Shown here one piece after another: positions 27,040 through 40,557 of a stretch of DNA of 64,000 bases. Numbering within the stretch: position 1 is the stretch's first letter; the number at the start of each line of letters is the position of its first letter. The notes under the pieces were generated by a model, which worked only from the letters and a program-made list of their open reading frames with translations, was not told the DNA's origin and ran no database searches. The position numbers and the translations under genes were made by a program. Location of the stretch: the NCBI GenBank assembly GCA_043228905.1, contig JBHGNT010000005.1, forward strand, positions 17,236,001-17,300,000. The letters run 5' to 3'. This DNA comes from Azolla caroliniana. Its lineage: Eukaryota > Plantae > Polypodiophyta.

Positions 27040-27775
27040 CTTGGAGGAGATGACCACAAGAGGTAAGAAAGTACTAAATGGATACTGGAATGAAAATATA
27101 AACTTATACATATGTGCTCAGATGTACTAGCCTTTAAATACATCTTCAAATGTGGTTGTTACAATTATAACAGTCACATATTTTTAGAAATGATTACATT
27201 TAATTAGGTAAATTGTTTTTATTTATTATTAGAGTTAATTTTAACACACCCCCTTAACTGTAATACCCATCGATTACTGAGAGAGACTTAACCCAATATG
27301 CGTGCAGTAGTTCCAATGTTTAATACTTGGAACCGGGTTGGTCAAGAAGTTGGCCCACCATTTGATCAGGGGTGCAATTGACTTTGAGGTTATGTTCTTC
27401 GACGATACCCCTACTCAAGATATGTGGGTCAGCTTCTTAACCAAGCTAGTTACAAGCATTAAACATTGGAACTGATGCAAGCATATTGAGTTGAGTCTGT
27501 CTTAGTAATCCATGGGCAGTAGAGTTAAGCGGGGTTGTTGAAACTAACTCTAATAATAAATAAAAATAGTTAAGCTAATAAAATGTAATAGTGTCTAAAA
27601 ATAGATGTGATTGTTATAATTGTAATAGTCACATTTGAAGATGTATTTAAAGACTAGAGCACCACATTTTTGTGTGAGTACATCTAAGCATATATGTACA
27701 AGTTTGTATTTTTTAGTTCCAATATCCATTACATACTTTCTTACTTCTTGTAGTCAATGGTCATTTCTCTCCAAG
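27040..27775. repeat. Long imperfect inverted repeat built from two Copia-like 3' ends (PPT plus LTR part)
   Basis: Arm 27040-27365 is the reverse complement of arm 27415-27775, e.g. CTTTAAATACATCTTCAAATGTG / CACATTTGAAGATGTATTTAAAG. PPT-like TTAAGCGGGGT-TGTTG at about 27525. Confidence 0.8.
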
Positions 27776-27779
27776 TTAT

Positions 27780-28745
27780 ATCCTACATGCTTATTTTGAT
27801 CAATAAATTCTGGGTTCTTGGCGATCTTCACATGATTGTCACAACATAAAATATCCAAATCTTGAATTGTGGATTGAAGCCAAAGTTCTTTGGCAATAAG
27901 TGTGGTTGTGATGTATTCTACTTCAGTGGAGGAGGCGACAACAATGGGTTACTTTTTTGTACACGATGCAATTGTATCACCTACAAAGTAACCAAAAAAC
28001 CTGATGTGTGTTAGAGTTATGTTCTAAAGTAAGCATATGATAAGGATATAATAGATTAATAAGAAAGGAGAGAGAGAAAGAAGGGTGCCGATCCACCCAA
28101 CCACCCCCGAGCGAAGGGATCAAGACGAACTCGAGCCACAATCTTCGTCCCATACCATCGTCGTGGCGTCAAGTCGTACTTGGGGATGGCACACTTGCTA
28201 CAAGCGTTGACCCATCACAAGAGCGGAATCTCGACGTAGTCAAGAGATCATGAAACGAGGGTAGTTAGGCCTCATATTTATAGCCATACCTAAGACCCGT
28301 AGGCAAGTTCACATGTGGCCTAATGGGTTGTCTTAATCCCGAGGATTAAAAATAATCCTCCCCTTCTTTACACTCTCGTTTAACCCTCACACTTTATCCA
28401 TGTGTATAGAATACTACGGTAAATTCTCACCACGGGATATTATATGGTCATGCCCGTAACACTGTGGATCGAGAGAAATCGTTTCTCTTCCCCACTTCGC
28501 ATTGGCCCATCCTTGTAGTGGGTGGGGTTGATAGCCATGCTTGTATTGTAGAGTTGTTTGCCCCAAAGTGTGCCTTATAAGTGATTACCATATTTTGTGT
28601 GTACTTAGAATTGCACTACTCATTTGACCCCAACCTGATATGATCAATGCATGGTCTTTCTATGAATCTTGTGAGAAAATTAGTTGAAAATGACACGACT
28701 AATATTGTGCAACTCGCTACATACGAGAGACTCCCTAATACTCGG
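27780..28745 (-). pseudogene. Highly degraded Copia RT/RNase H remnant, interrupted by a solo LTR
   Basis: Minus strand gives SCTKK*PIVVASSTEVEY at about 27915-27970, matching the Copia SWxSKKQxxVAxSSTEAEY motif. Confidence 0.55.
28009..28461 (-). mobile_element. Solo LTR, family A
   Basis: TGTTAGAG...CCGTAACA; TSD ATGTG / CTGTG (one mismatch). Confidence 0.88.
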
Positions 28746-28748
28746 TGA

Positions 28749-29053
28749 TGTCATGATATAACATGGTATGGCTTTAAAAGGATTTGAACCCATGACCTTG
28801 TGTCACATGGGTTGAAGCCCTACCATTACACTATACATTGTAATACAAAAAATGTTGTTTTAATTTATTATTTCACTATAGAAAATTGATGTATATTCCA
28901 GATTTCTCTGGAACATTCTAGAAACTTTAGGAGTACTCCTAACAACACTATAAAAAGAGGCACAAGGCATTATTTCGAACCAATTCGGTTCAACGCCAAT
29001 CATAAGCCTCCTAGCTATTCTTGTATATTCTCTTCATATAATATATCATTTAT

Positions 29054-29123
<70 letters not shown>

Positions 29124-30450
29124 CTACACCCTCCTTCCCTCTTAGTACTAATCCTCATCTCTAGTACTAATTCCCTCTCTGTCTTAGTACTATTCCTGAC
29201 AGTTTGAACCGAATTTCTCTATCTTCTTACTCCACCCTTCCTTCATACTAATCCTCTTATCCCTCCTTTCTCCAATACTATGGCAACTGTTAGCGCTCAA
29301 GAGTATCAATCCGTTTTCTCGGAGTTGCAATGCTTGAAAGAAAAGTTTCTCACATTGGAACAAGAAAATCAATGGTTCTTGGGGGATCTTCAACAAATCT
29401 CTTTAAAAAGCAACAAACGCAACAACATGGCGTTACACGTGCAACAACTTGAAGCAACCATTGTAACATTGCAACAACAAGGACCAAGCACTCAAGGGAT
29501 TCATAAAGAACCCAAGATCGACCTTCCTATGAAATTCAATGGAACGCGATCACAAATTAGAGGATTCCTTAACTAGGTACGATTAATCAAATGCACCCTT
29601 CTTGATATCCCATCGATGCATCACGAGTGGGTTTAGTAGGCACGTTGCTAAGCGGCTCAACTTTGGCATGGTTCGCTCCGTTGTTAGAAAAGGAATCTCC
29701 ATTACTAAATAACTTTGAAAAGTTTATAAGCGAGTTTAAAGCCTGTTATGGAGATACTAATAGCATAAGGACGACAATCAACAAAATCCGACGATTATGT
29801 CAAGGTGATCATCCAGCCTCCGCTTACGCTGTAGATTTCCATCTACTCACCTCCGATATCCCTTGGGATGATCAAGCATTGATGGATCAATTTCAATACG
29901 ACCTATGAAATGATGTCAAAGACTTACTCTCGACTTTCCCTGAAGAACCAAAATTGCTCATAGAGGCAATCAGTTGGGCGGTACGATGTGATAACCGGCT
30001 TTTCGAACAATGTTCGGAACGCAAGTTACAAAAGCCAAGGACCAGGTCGAAGCCCACATACGCCTCGATCGCAACAAAACTATTTGCAAGGGAGTCATAC
30101 AATGCATCTCCGGAAAATACTCCAACACCGATGGAAATAGACACCACCCGTCATCGTGGACCATTGTCGGAAGAAGAAAAGCAACGACGCCGAGCAAATC
30201 GATTATGTCTTTATTGCGGAGGACAAGGGCATATCGCTGTAAATTGTGCACATAGGCCAAGAAGACAGGTAAATCAAATAGTAGCTTGTACTAAATCCGA
30301 GTCTATTGCATTAGGAATTTCTGATAGTCCTAATAGTACACTAGCCCAAGTCTATCAAACAAATTTGAAGTCCTTAGTCAATTAGAAGAAGAGTTAAATG
30401 ACTAAGTCCAACCAAAATAGGAGACGTTTGGTTGGACAACCCTATATCTG
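28749..30450 (+). mobile_element. Truncated Ty3/Gypsy chromovirus-like element (Tcn1/sushi-like): 5' LTR 28749-29201 plus gag pseudogene 29280-30385
   Basis: LTR TGTCATG...CTGACA with TATAAAA at 28949. Gag motifs EPKIDLPMKFNG, PMEID, GPLSEEEKQRR..LCLYCGGQGHIAVNC, with stops and frameshifts. Confidence 0.85.
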
Positions 30451-30538
30451 TGCAACCCATTAGTGATTCCATTCTCTCTAAACAAGTTAGCATTAGTGAT
30501 TCCATTCTCTCTAAACAAGTTAGCAATGTGTTCTTAGC

Positions 30539-30925
30539 TCAGTTGCCGCCACTGTGCCGTCCAAGCATCATCTGCTATTGTTCGATTTGACGGAGTTCAC
30601 TCGTCCATTGCCACCATTCTACACTCAGTTGCTGCCATTGTTCGGTCCAAGCATCATCTCCCATTGTTCACTCCCATTGAGTTCACTCGTCCATTGCCGC
30701 CATTCTACACTCAGTTGCCGCCACTGTGCGTTCCAAGAATGATCTGCCATTGTGCGATCTGACAGAGTTCACTCCTCCATTGCCACCATTCTACAATCAG
30801 TTGCCGCCACTGTTCTATACTGGATTGCAATAATTGTTCGATTTGATGGAGTTCACTCCTCCATTGCCGCCATTCTACACTCAGTTGCTGCCACTGTTCG
30901 GTCCTGGATTGCAATAACTGTTCCG
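30539..30925. repeat. Tandem array of about 87-bp units (~4.5 copies) upstream of the transposase; possibly subterminal repeats
   Basis: Recurring CAGTTGCCGCCACTGT...GAGTTCACTC(G/C)TCCATTGCC(A/G)CCATTCTACA. Preceded by a 33-bp duplication at about 30457-30525. Confidence 0.8.
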
Positions 30926-32795
30926 TTTGTTGATTATCTTGTGTATTGTTGTGTATAATCTTGTGTATTGCGGAATGATTTTGTGTATTGTTGTTGCCCA
31001 TAGTCATCTTAGCTCATTCCTGACGGTGGTTGAGTAGCTTTCATTCCATTGCAACAAACATAAACTTACTAATGGTGGGATTGCTCCTGTGAATAACCGG
31101 TTTGCATGTGGTTTAGTAACTAGTCCACATGTCTTTTTTGGTGGAAATTTACTAATGAATATGTCAAGCCAAATGGAAGAGGAAGGAGGGTGTTTACCAA
31201 TACCCCCCATGGATCATCAAGATCGGGATGACGTTATTAGGACACAACAAGCGATACAAAAGTATTGGGCATAAAAGAAAAGGAAACATCGTCAATTGTT
31301 GAAGGATACGAAAGCCACATTCACTGAAGGTAAGGATCACATTGGTTGTGATATAGGTTTGAATACCACTAAGAATGGAAGTAATGAGACCGCTATCATA
31401 GAGAGAAAGGTTGTAGACTATTTCAATGTTCAGACCAAGCACATCTGCAATGAAGACAAGAAAGTAGTACTTTATGGAATATTAAATGATCCATCGATAA
31501 AGGGGTTAGTTGATTGTGATGGTGTTAATACAAACATAACATTTGTACTAGTAAATAATCTACGTAATATTTTCGTATCCATGAGTAGGTCGGAAGATGA
31601 TCTTGTTTTAAAAAGGTCAAGTCTAATGATGTTACTTAATAGTGATGTTGACGATCTTAACATCAGTGTGCTATCTAAAGTAATTGGTGTTAGTAGAAAA
31701 ACTGTGTACAATACAATGAACCGGATAATTTCAAGTGATGAAGGAACTAGTCTGCTAAAGCTAATGTTACGGGCATGACCATATAATATCCCGTGGTGAG
31801 AATTTACCGTAGTATTCTATACACGTGGATAAGTGTGAGGGTTAAACGAGAGTGTAAAGAAGGGGAGGATTACTTTTAATCCTCGGGATTGAGACAACCC
31901 ATTAGGCCAAGTGTGAACTTGCCTGGGGGCCTTGGGTATCGCTATAAATATGAGGCCTAACTACCCTCATTTGATCATATCTTGACTACGTCAAGACTCT
32001 GTTTCGTGGTGGGTCAACTCTTGTAGCGAGCGTGCCAGCACTAGGTATGACTCGATGCCACGACGGTGGTATGGGGGTGGTTGGGTGGATCAACACCCTT
32101 CTTTCTCTCTCTCCTTTCTATTTATCTATCTTTTATCCTTATCATATGCTTACTTTAGATCATAACTCTAACCGTTGGTATCAAAGCTTATGTTTCTAAT
32201 GTTTCCTTTGTTTGTTTTTGTCTTCTTGATGGATGGTGATCGATTGGCGTGCGATCGACCTTGATCTAGATAGCGATCAATAAAGGAACTTCAGTAACTC
32301 TTTCTTGTTTTTTTTTCATTTCTTCTCCTCCCATCTAATCATGTTTATGGTCAATATGAATTTTTTTTCATTGATTCAATGATGTTGCCGTGGTAATTAA
32401 TTGGGGGGATATGTCGAACTTCCCTCAGAGTCAGTCGACAACCTATCGACGTCATCAGGCTTATGCTTTGTATGCTGGCTATCTTGCAATCACCATTATC
32501 TCCCATATTTACATAGCCATGATCCTTGGCCGTCGTTTCTTCGTAAGACAAGAAGGTGACTTGTTTCACACCTTCTCTCTCGGTACCGTTGTCGTGAAGA
32601 AAACCGTCCACGAGCGGAATTCGTGCCCCGGAGCGTAGAAACCGACTCTTCATGCACGTGCGCCTTAAGTTGTACATAGGAGATCCTAGGTAGATTCGGT
32701 AGGTAGGGAATAAAGGGGAAACGACTCCTTCCTTGCCTATAAAAGGAGGGTGGAGAGTCGAGGAGGGGGGGGGATGTCGGTTGCGTGCGAAGGCT

Positions 32796-32828
<33 letters not shown>

Positions 32829-33248
32829 GGTTCGCAAACTCCATAACTTCCTTTTGTGCAGGTTTCGGGAGGCTCGCGCTGCTCTGAGGAATGCCCGAGT
32901 GCTTCCGGCAGCACCTCCAGCCTGCTCCTGCCTTTCTGTGCGTTTACGAACAGGTATCGGCATCTGTTCGCCGGCCTGTTCGGTTGTAACCGACTCTGTG
33001 TTGTGTTGTTTGTTGTTTGTTAATACATACATACGTTTGTGTCTTCCTGTGTCGCTGTCCCACTCGCGTCCTTGCGTCGAAGGGCCGTGTCCCTGTGAAT
33101 CTACTCTCGCTCGTAGTGGGCATCTTCTCCTTTCTTTCTTGCTCTTTGGTACAGGACCCCCGAGGTCCCGCCCCATTCCACGTATCCGCGAGGAAAACCT
33201 CGACATCTTGGTGAACCCGACGTGAATGAGGCGGCAGAAGAGTAGAAG

Positions 33249-35375
33249 ATGAAAGGGGCGGATCTTGCAGAGGCCATGGCTTCGGCCGTGGATCGGATAC
33301 TGAGCGCACGCGAGGGCTCTGGTGCCCTTGACAGAGCCATTGAGGCGGTCGTCGGTACGATCGGCCGGTTCAGCGGAAAGGATGCCACGAAGTATTTGGC
33401 GTCCTACGGGGCAGAAATGCTGATGCGGGACATTCCGGAAGAGAGGCGTCTTGCCGGGTTTCCTCGAGTGGCGATGCCGAGCATCCATGCGGAGGTGCTC
33501 GAGGTGCGGGCGGAGAGCCGTACCTGGGAGGAGTTCGAAGGCCGACTCCTAGAAAAATACGGGCTGGACGACGCGCTCCGGCTTTCGAAAAGGGACTTCA
33601 TGGAATGGGTGGAGTTCCCCGGCAAGGGAAGAAACGCGACGGCACTCCTCCGGGAGTTCGAAGAACGCTTTGCGCGCCTTTCGACGCTTGACCGAACCGT
33701 TCTGGATACAAGCCGGGTCCTACTGTTCGTCAAGTCGGTGGACGAGCGGGACCGGGACCAAGTCGGCTCCTTGCTGGAGACCGAGGACGGGCTGACAGCC
33801 GACTGGGCTGCGGTTAAGAGAGTCTGTGGCCGTTTCGATAAACGGCGAGAATGGGCTGACAACGGGGCGGCAGGTGCGGACTCTGTCACAACAAGGAGGC
33901 TTGAACCGGCACCGCAAGTGCGAAGGGAAGAGACCTGGGAATGGCTCGAAACCGGTCCGGCTTCGACCGGCATGGTCAATGGCTCGTCCGGAGGAGCAGC
34001 GCTGGAGGAGTTGACGCGGGCGATAAAGGATCTCCAGATCGCCCAGACTCGAAGGGAAGGCGGCGAACCGGCTCGTGACCGACGGCCGGCAGTAGGGAAC
34101 AGGTGCATGTGGTGCGACGAGGTCGGCCACATCCGGAAGGACTGCGGCGATTTCGCAGAAGCATTGAGGAACCAGGTGGTGTACCTGTGGGAAGGCCGGG
34201 TGCACGCCGGCGACACCAGAAGGACCCTAAACCGAAACGACGGACGAGGAGGTATGAAGAGACTGATGGAAGAGGCAGCGGCCCGACACGTGGAGGCCGT
34301 CCACTACTCGGCGTCGGCCGGCATTCGGGTCGGGGGCAGCGAGGCTCGAAAGGAGGGCAAAGACGGATTCTGGTCGGCAATGCTGGAAGGTCTTGCCGGC
34401 GCACGGTTGAAGAAGGATGAATCGGACCGCGCTGAGAGACGGATCCGGGAAATAACCGGGTGGAGCGATCCGGTCGAGGAGAAGACGGGCTTCGTAGAAG
34501 CCGCTTGCCAGAACTACGAGGCTCTGGTAGAAGACAAGCGGGTGGGGAAAGCCGGAGCGGCCGGGCCCTCACAATGATACGAGACCTGATTCGGGCAACG
34601 ACGGAACGATGCCGGCGGGTCCAACTCGCCAGATAACCCCAGGAAGGGCGGATACCGACTGGGGACGGAGATAGAAAGGACTACGGACCTACGAAAGGAC
34701 CTAGAAGAACGGATCCTCGACAGCAAGGTGGAGCTGACATTGCGAGAGGTGTTAGGGATCGCCAAGAAGGAGTTCCACGACTCCATTGTAGACTTGGTGA
34801 AACGGAAGAGGCTGTCGACGGAGACGGATCCGGAAAGACCGGCAGAGGTGCGGACGACGCACATCGACGACTCGGCGCTGGCAGATGAGTGGGCGGAGAG
34901 CCACTATTCGAGGCCACACTGGGCCCGAGCGACCACGGAGACCCCGGTAAAGATCGGAGAGGTTCAGGAACCGGTGGTGGCACTGGTGGACCACGGTTCG
35001 GAAATAAACCTGATGTCCATGGACTTCTATAAGAAGGGGAAGTGGCCGATCAACACCAAGCACGGGTGGAAGATACGGGCGGCGACGCGCGCCACCGAGG
35101 AACTGCATGGGGCCTGCCCGAACGTGCGGGTCAAGATCGGCGACGTCGAGATTGACAAGCACTTCTTCGTACAGGAGACGTCCTCGCACCCGGTCATATT
35201 AGGGGAACCATACATCACGGCGGCTCGAATGGAGACCAAGGTGCTAGACAACGGTTCGGCCTACGCAAGGGTCAAAAGCCAGGACGGGCGCCATTCGGTC
35301 CAATTTCTGACCGTGAGACCGAACCACGAGAGGAACCGCGAATCCCTCGGTGGCGAGAACCGGGAGGATTTTTAG
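33249..35375 (+). pseudogene. Gag-protease ORF of the Gypsy element, with two in-frame TGA stops near 34575-34590
   Basis: CMWCDEVGHIRKDC zinc knuckle; aspartic protease ALVDHGSEINL. ORFs 33249 and 34728 are in the same frame. Confidence 0.85.
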
Positions 35376-35880
35376 AGAGGGCTGCCAAGGCGTGGGGCCG
35401 AGACAGTCCGGGCACTTGGGAAAGACCCCACAACTGTACGATAGGTAGGAAATTTTGCATCTCCAACAATGGAGGGTGTATGATATACGACATCGTCGGC
35501 CGAGAAAAGACAAGGGCGGAAGTGCGACTTCGAGCGTGCGGAGTTCTCGGCCCGGACGAGGAAATCAGCGGAGCCGTGGAGGCGGTCTCCTTCGATGACA
35601 CCTTAGGAATGCTGAGGAAGGCAACCGGAGAAGACCTTAACGAAGACCGGACGATACCGGTATGTTCCGAAGAGATGTACGAAGTCATCGCAAACTTCAG
35701 TCGGGGGCTCAGGTCGGATCGGACGGCCCGAGTTAGTGTTGGGGTTTTCGGTCCCTCCGGATGGGATGTCCGGAGATGAATGACGGCAGTTACAACTACG
35801 GTTACGGTTACGGTTACGGTCCCGGTTACGGAGCCGGATGATGAAGACCCTGGCTACGGAGCCGGAAGACGAAGACCCCA

Positions 35881-38800
35881 TTGATCCTATTCCTCGGTTG
35901 TGGCCGGGCACTGTTTTCAACAGTTAGCACGAGGTACAAGACTGTGAACCGGAAGGTAAGGCCAGTCGCGGCACCCTTGCCGGAGGGCAGCGAGTCCCGA
36001 ATCAGAGGGGTGACGTCGAACCCCAGTTTACGAGATCCGGCCTGCATAGGACACACCTTCACCGACGGAACGCTCAAGGAGCTCAAAATCGGTGGGGGCG
36101 GGTTCCTACTGCCGGCGGAGGAAGACCAGTTTCGGAGAATGCTCGGAAGGCACGGGAAAGCCTTTGCATTCTCACCGGAAGAGATCAGGTGCGTAGACCC
36201 GACGATCGTGGAGCCGATGGTGATATTCACGGTACCGCATGTACCGTGGAATCTCAAGCCGATTCCAGTACCGAGAGCTCACATCCCGAAGTTGATGGAG
36301 CTATTGAGGCAGAAAGTCGATATGGGTATTCTCGAACCGTCGAGCGCGCCGTACTCGAACCGATGGTTCACCGTACCAAAGAAAAACGGAACATTGCGCT
36401 TCATTCAGGACCTGCAGTCGGTCAACAGAGTGACCATCCGGAACGCAGGAATCGGACCGACCATAGACGAGTTCGCGGAGGCCTTCGCCGGAAGGTCGAT
36501 TTACTCGGTTGGTGATCTGTACTCGGGGTACGACCAGTTCCAGCTAGCCGTGGAGAGCAGAGACATTACGACGATGCGAACTCCCTTAGGCCTAGTGCGA
36601 ATGTGTACCCTGCCACAAGGAGGGACCAACTCGGTGGCCCACATGGTGAATGCAATGAACAAAGTACTGAGGGATTGCATCCCGGACATCACCATGCCGT
36701 TTCTAGACGACATCCCCATAAAGGGGTGCCCGGTGGGAGAGAAGGACGAGACACTCGGGCCGGACGGATGCCGGCGATTCGTAGCAACACACATCGACGA
36801 CTGCGAGAAGGTGCTACAAAGGCTAGAGGATGCAAGGCTCACCTTCTCCGGGGAGAAATCGGCCTTCGGGCAATCAGAAATCATGGTGGTCGGGCATCTA
36901 TGTGGACCATATGGCCGGAAGCCGTCTTCGGCAAAGGTAGAAGCCATCTCCGCGATGAAGACCGATTGTAGCTCGGTTACGGAAGTTCGGAGGTTCCTAG
37001 GGGCATGCGCGTTCTACCACATATGGATCCTGCATTACGCCCACGTTGCGGAGCCACTGTACGGGTTGCTGAAAAAGGGGCAAAGATTCGAGTGGCGAGA
37101 CGAGCACACAGAGTCGGTCCGGAAGCTGAAGGAAGCTCTTGCGGCAACACCGGCGCTCCGGAAGGCTGTCTACGAGAAGGGTACCCCGGTATACATAACG
37201 GTGGATACGAGCCCGACCGGGATCGGATGGGTCGTCAACCAAGAAGACGAGGACGGCACCCGGTTCTCGATCCGATTCGGCGCTAAGGTCCTCAGTGAGC
37301 GACAGCGAGGGTACGCCCAGGTTAAACGCGAACTCTGGGGTATCGTTTCGGCGGTAAAGGCGGACAAAGACTACCTGATCGGGACAGAAGTGATTATCGA
37401 GACGGATTGCCTGCCGATTCTCGGCATGGTTTCCGGATGCGCGACACCGGACTTGGCGATGCTCAGGTGGATAGCGTACATCAAGTCCCTGGACCCGGAG
37501 ATACGACACATTTCCGGAAAGGACAACGCCATGGTCGACATGCTTTCGAGGGCGAGGTTTGATGACGAGGGCGGCATGGTTTCGGAGGACGAAGAAGTCG
37601 GCGTGGACTTCTTCGAGGCGGCGTACGTGACGACCGATGGGACGAGCACTCCGGCACTTAACGACTTCGACGAGAGCAAGTACGACGGCGAGTGGCTCCA
37701 GATCGGTGGATTCTTGAGGACAATGACGCCGGATGCGTCATGGACGAAGGACGAGGCCAACCGGATCCGGAAGAAAGCTTACCGATTCTTTCTCCGGGGC
37801 GGATACTTATGGAAGCACCCGAAGAAGAGGGACGGCGCTCCGCTCCGGGTGGTGGCGATGAAGGAAGAACAGGAGGAGCTGCTGACGGCCTACCACGACA
37901 GCCCTTGGGCCGGACACCGTGGAACCTGGGCCACGTTCGAGAAGATAAAGGGGAAGTACTGGTGGCCGGGACTGTACCGGGACGTGCATCGATTCGTGAC
38001 AACTTGCGAGAGCTGTCAGATGCACTCCGTGGTCCGACACCGGGACGAGCTTCACCCTACGTACCCTCCGACCATCCACTTCAAATGGATGGTAGACCTG
38101 GTGACGATGCCGATGGGAGTAGGACAGATGCGGTATATGGTCCTGGCTCGGGAAGATCTGACGAACCAGGTAGAAGGCCGGGCCCTTCAGAACAAAACGA
38201 CGGCGGCCGTATGTCAGTTCCTGATTGAGGACGTGATATGCCGGTACGGGTGCGTCGAGAAGATTGTGGCTGATCGCGGGGAGTTGGACGCCGAAGAGGC
38301 CGAGGAGCTATTCGACCGAGTAGGAGTCAAGCTCTCGCTTACCACTGCGTACAATCCGGAGGTGAATGGAAAGGTGGAGCGCGGACACAGACCAATCGTC
38401 AAGGCGTTAGTTCGGGCATGCGGAGGTCAAGTCGGGAACTGGCCACGGCTGCTGCCTTACGCGTTGTGGGCGGACCGAACTACGTATAGTTCGGTAACCG
38501 GATTCATGCCGGCAGAACTCATGTTTGGGCAGAAGCCGGTCATGCCAATGGAACGTACGATCTCCTCGTGGGCAACCGTGGACTGGAGAAACGAGATGAG
38601 CAGGGAGGAACTGCTGGCGGCGCATATACGACAACTCGAGCGAAGACCGGAGGACGTGGAGCAGGCTGCGGAGAAGCTTCGGGAAGCAAGGATGAGGAAC
38701 AAAGCCCGGTTCGACCGAACGCACTGGCTCCGACCGAAGAAGATCGAGGAAGGCGACTGGGTGCTAGTCTACGACAGCAGCCTTGACAACCAGCACCGAG

Positions 38801-39030
38801 CGACACGGAAGTTCGCAAGAAGGTAGTTCGGGCCTTACGTGGTACAAAGCGCCAACGACAACGGGACGTACCATCTGGCGGAACTCGACGGCACAAGAAT
38901 AGCGATACCGGTAGCTGGGAAGCGGATCAAAGCATTTAAGAAGCGTCACGACAACGAGTCGGATCCGATTAACTTGGACCGGGACGACGAACGATCCGAA
39001 ACCGAGGAAGAACCGACGGGCGGGGAATGA
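35881..39030 (+). CDS. Pol (RT-RNase H-integrase) of the Gypsy element; one TAG at 38824
   Basis: YKTVNRKVRPV; RT LPQG..FLDD; RNase H VDTSPTGIG..ETDC; integrase HRG..CESC, MVDLV, ADRG, NGKVERG. No chromodomain seen. Confidence 0.92.
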
Positions 39031-39713
39031 AGGCTGGACCGGTTTTCTCCGTCCCAACACAATTTGGCGCATGCCGGTGGATGCGCGGTTAGGTGGGGGC
39101 GGATGTCGTGAAGAAAACCGTCCACGAGCGGAATCCGTGCCCCGGAGCGTAGAAACCGACTCTTCATGCACGTGCGCCTTAAGTTGTTCATAGGAGATCC
39201 TAGGTAGATTCGGTAGGTAGGGAATAAAGGGGAAACGACTCCTTCCTTGCCTATAAAAGGAGGGCGGAGAGTCGAGGAGGGGGGGGGATGTCGGTTGCGT
39301 GCGAAGGCTTCTCTCTCTCTCTCTCTCTCTCTGGTTCGCAAACTCCATAGCTTCCTTCTGTGCAGGTTTCGGGAGGCTTGCGCTGCTCTGAGGAATGCCC
39401 GAGTGCTTCCGGCAGCACCTCCAGCCTGCTCCTGCCTTTCTGTGCGTTTACGAACAGGTATCGGCATCTGTTCGCCGGCCTGTTCGGTTGTAACCGACTC
39501 TATGTTGTGTTGTTTGTTGTTTGTTAATACATACATACGTTTGTGTCTTCCTGTGTCGCTGTCCCACTCGCGTCCTTGCGTCGAAGGGCCGTGTCCCTGT
39601 GAATCTACTCTCGCTCGTAGTGGGCATCTTCTCCTTTCTTTCTTGCTCTTTGGTACAGGACCCCCGAGGTCCCGCCCCATTCCACGTATCCGTGAGGAAA
39701 ACCTCAACACCGT

Positions 39714-40557
39714 CATACCGAACCTGAGTCATTGTATTGGCCACTTCATTAACCCGCATTTGTTGGGAGGTTTCTTCTTCCTCGATCACCATTCGCCTCG
39801 GTTTTGTCTCCCTTTTAAGCTTTATTTCTTTTGTTGGTGGAGCGTTGTTGCATCTCGTCCCTCTTCGATCGTCCCTCATGGGCCGTCTTGTTGTCGTTGA
39901 TATTCTCACTCGCCCCTTATCGTGTAGTCGGCATACACTTTCCACTTTGCTCCAATCCTCAATGAGGCAATTTGCACCGTCATCTTCTTCAAGTTTGAGG
40001 CCGATCGCCATCTTTTCCATTCGATCGATTGACTTCACGAACATAAGGACCTTATCGACCCCCACCAATCTTTGTTCCCGCTCTGAGAGTTGAGAAAAAT
40101 GATGCTCGAAGTCTACGAATGCTTGTGTTGCGCCTTGGTGGGTCTTCGCTGATGTCACCCATTGGTCGAAGTTGCGTCGATCTCGTCCCTTCAGTCTCTC
40201 ATAGCCATATTCCTCCAATAGAGCCTTCTCGAAAGTTGCCCACGAATCATGAGCTTCTAGAAGCTCTTTTACGTCTTTGAAGATCGGTTGAGACACCACC
40301 CGACAAAAGTACTCCAGCCTCATAGATTCGTCCACACCACTTGAATCCATCTCCGCATTGTAAACTTTTAGGAAACTTTGGACTTCGGCACCGTTGAAAT
40401 AGCTCACTCGCTCGACTACCCTCTCGACGGCTTGTTGGGCTTCATTTCGTCTTTTCCCTTCTCTTTGAAACTCCATCATCCTTTTTGACATTGCCTCCAT
40501 GAGATATTCGCCATCCATCTTCGTCCTCCCCTGCTGCTCTTCACGTCGGGTTCACCA
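39714..40557 (-). mobile_element. Truncated gag of a related tRNA-Trp-primed Gypsy element (target of the 32590 insertion)
   Basis: ORF QQAVERVVERVSYFNGAEVQSFLKVYNAEM is homologous to the 33249 gag. PBS-Trp on the minus strand at 40541-40557. Confidence 0.8.

Larger units (their letters stand above)
32590..39709 (+). mobile_element. Near-complete GC-rich Ty3/Gypsy retrotransposon, tRNA-Trp primed, 4-bp TSD
   Basis: LTRs 32590-33205 and 39104-39709 (about 9 substitutions plus a microsatellite length change). TSD CCGT. PBS TGGTGAACCCGACGTGAA at 33209. PPT AGGTGGGGGCGGA. Confidence 0.95.

Noticed and set aside
32351-39900. Many long antisense or alternate-frame ORFs within the Gypsy element and its LTRs
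   Set aside because: Expected in GC-rich DNA; no recognisable domains, and several run across element boundaries.
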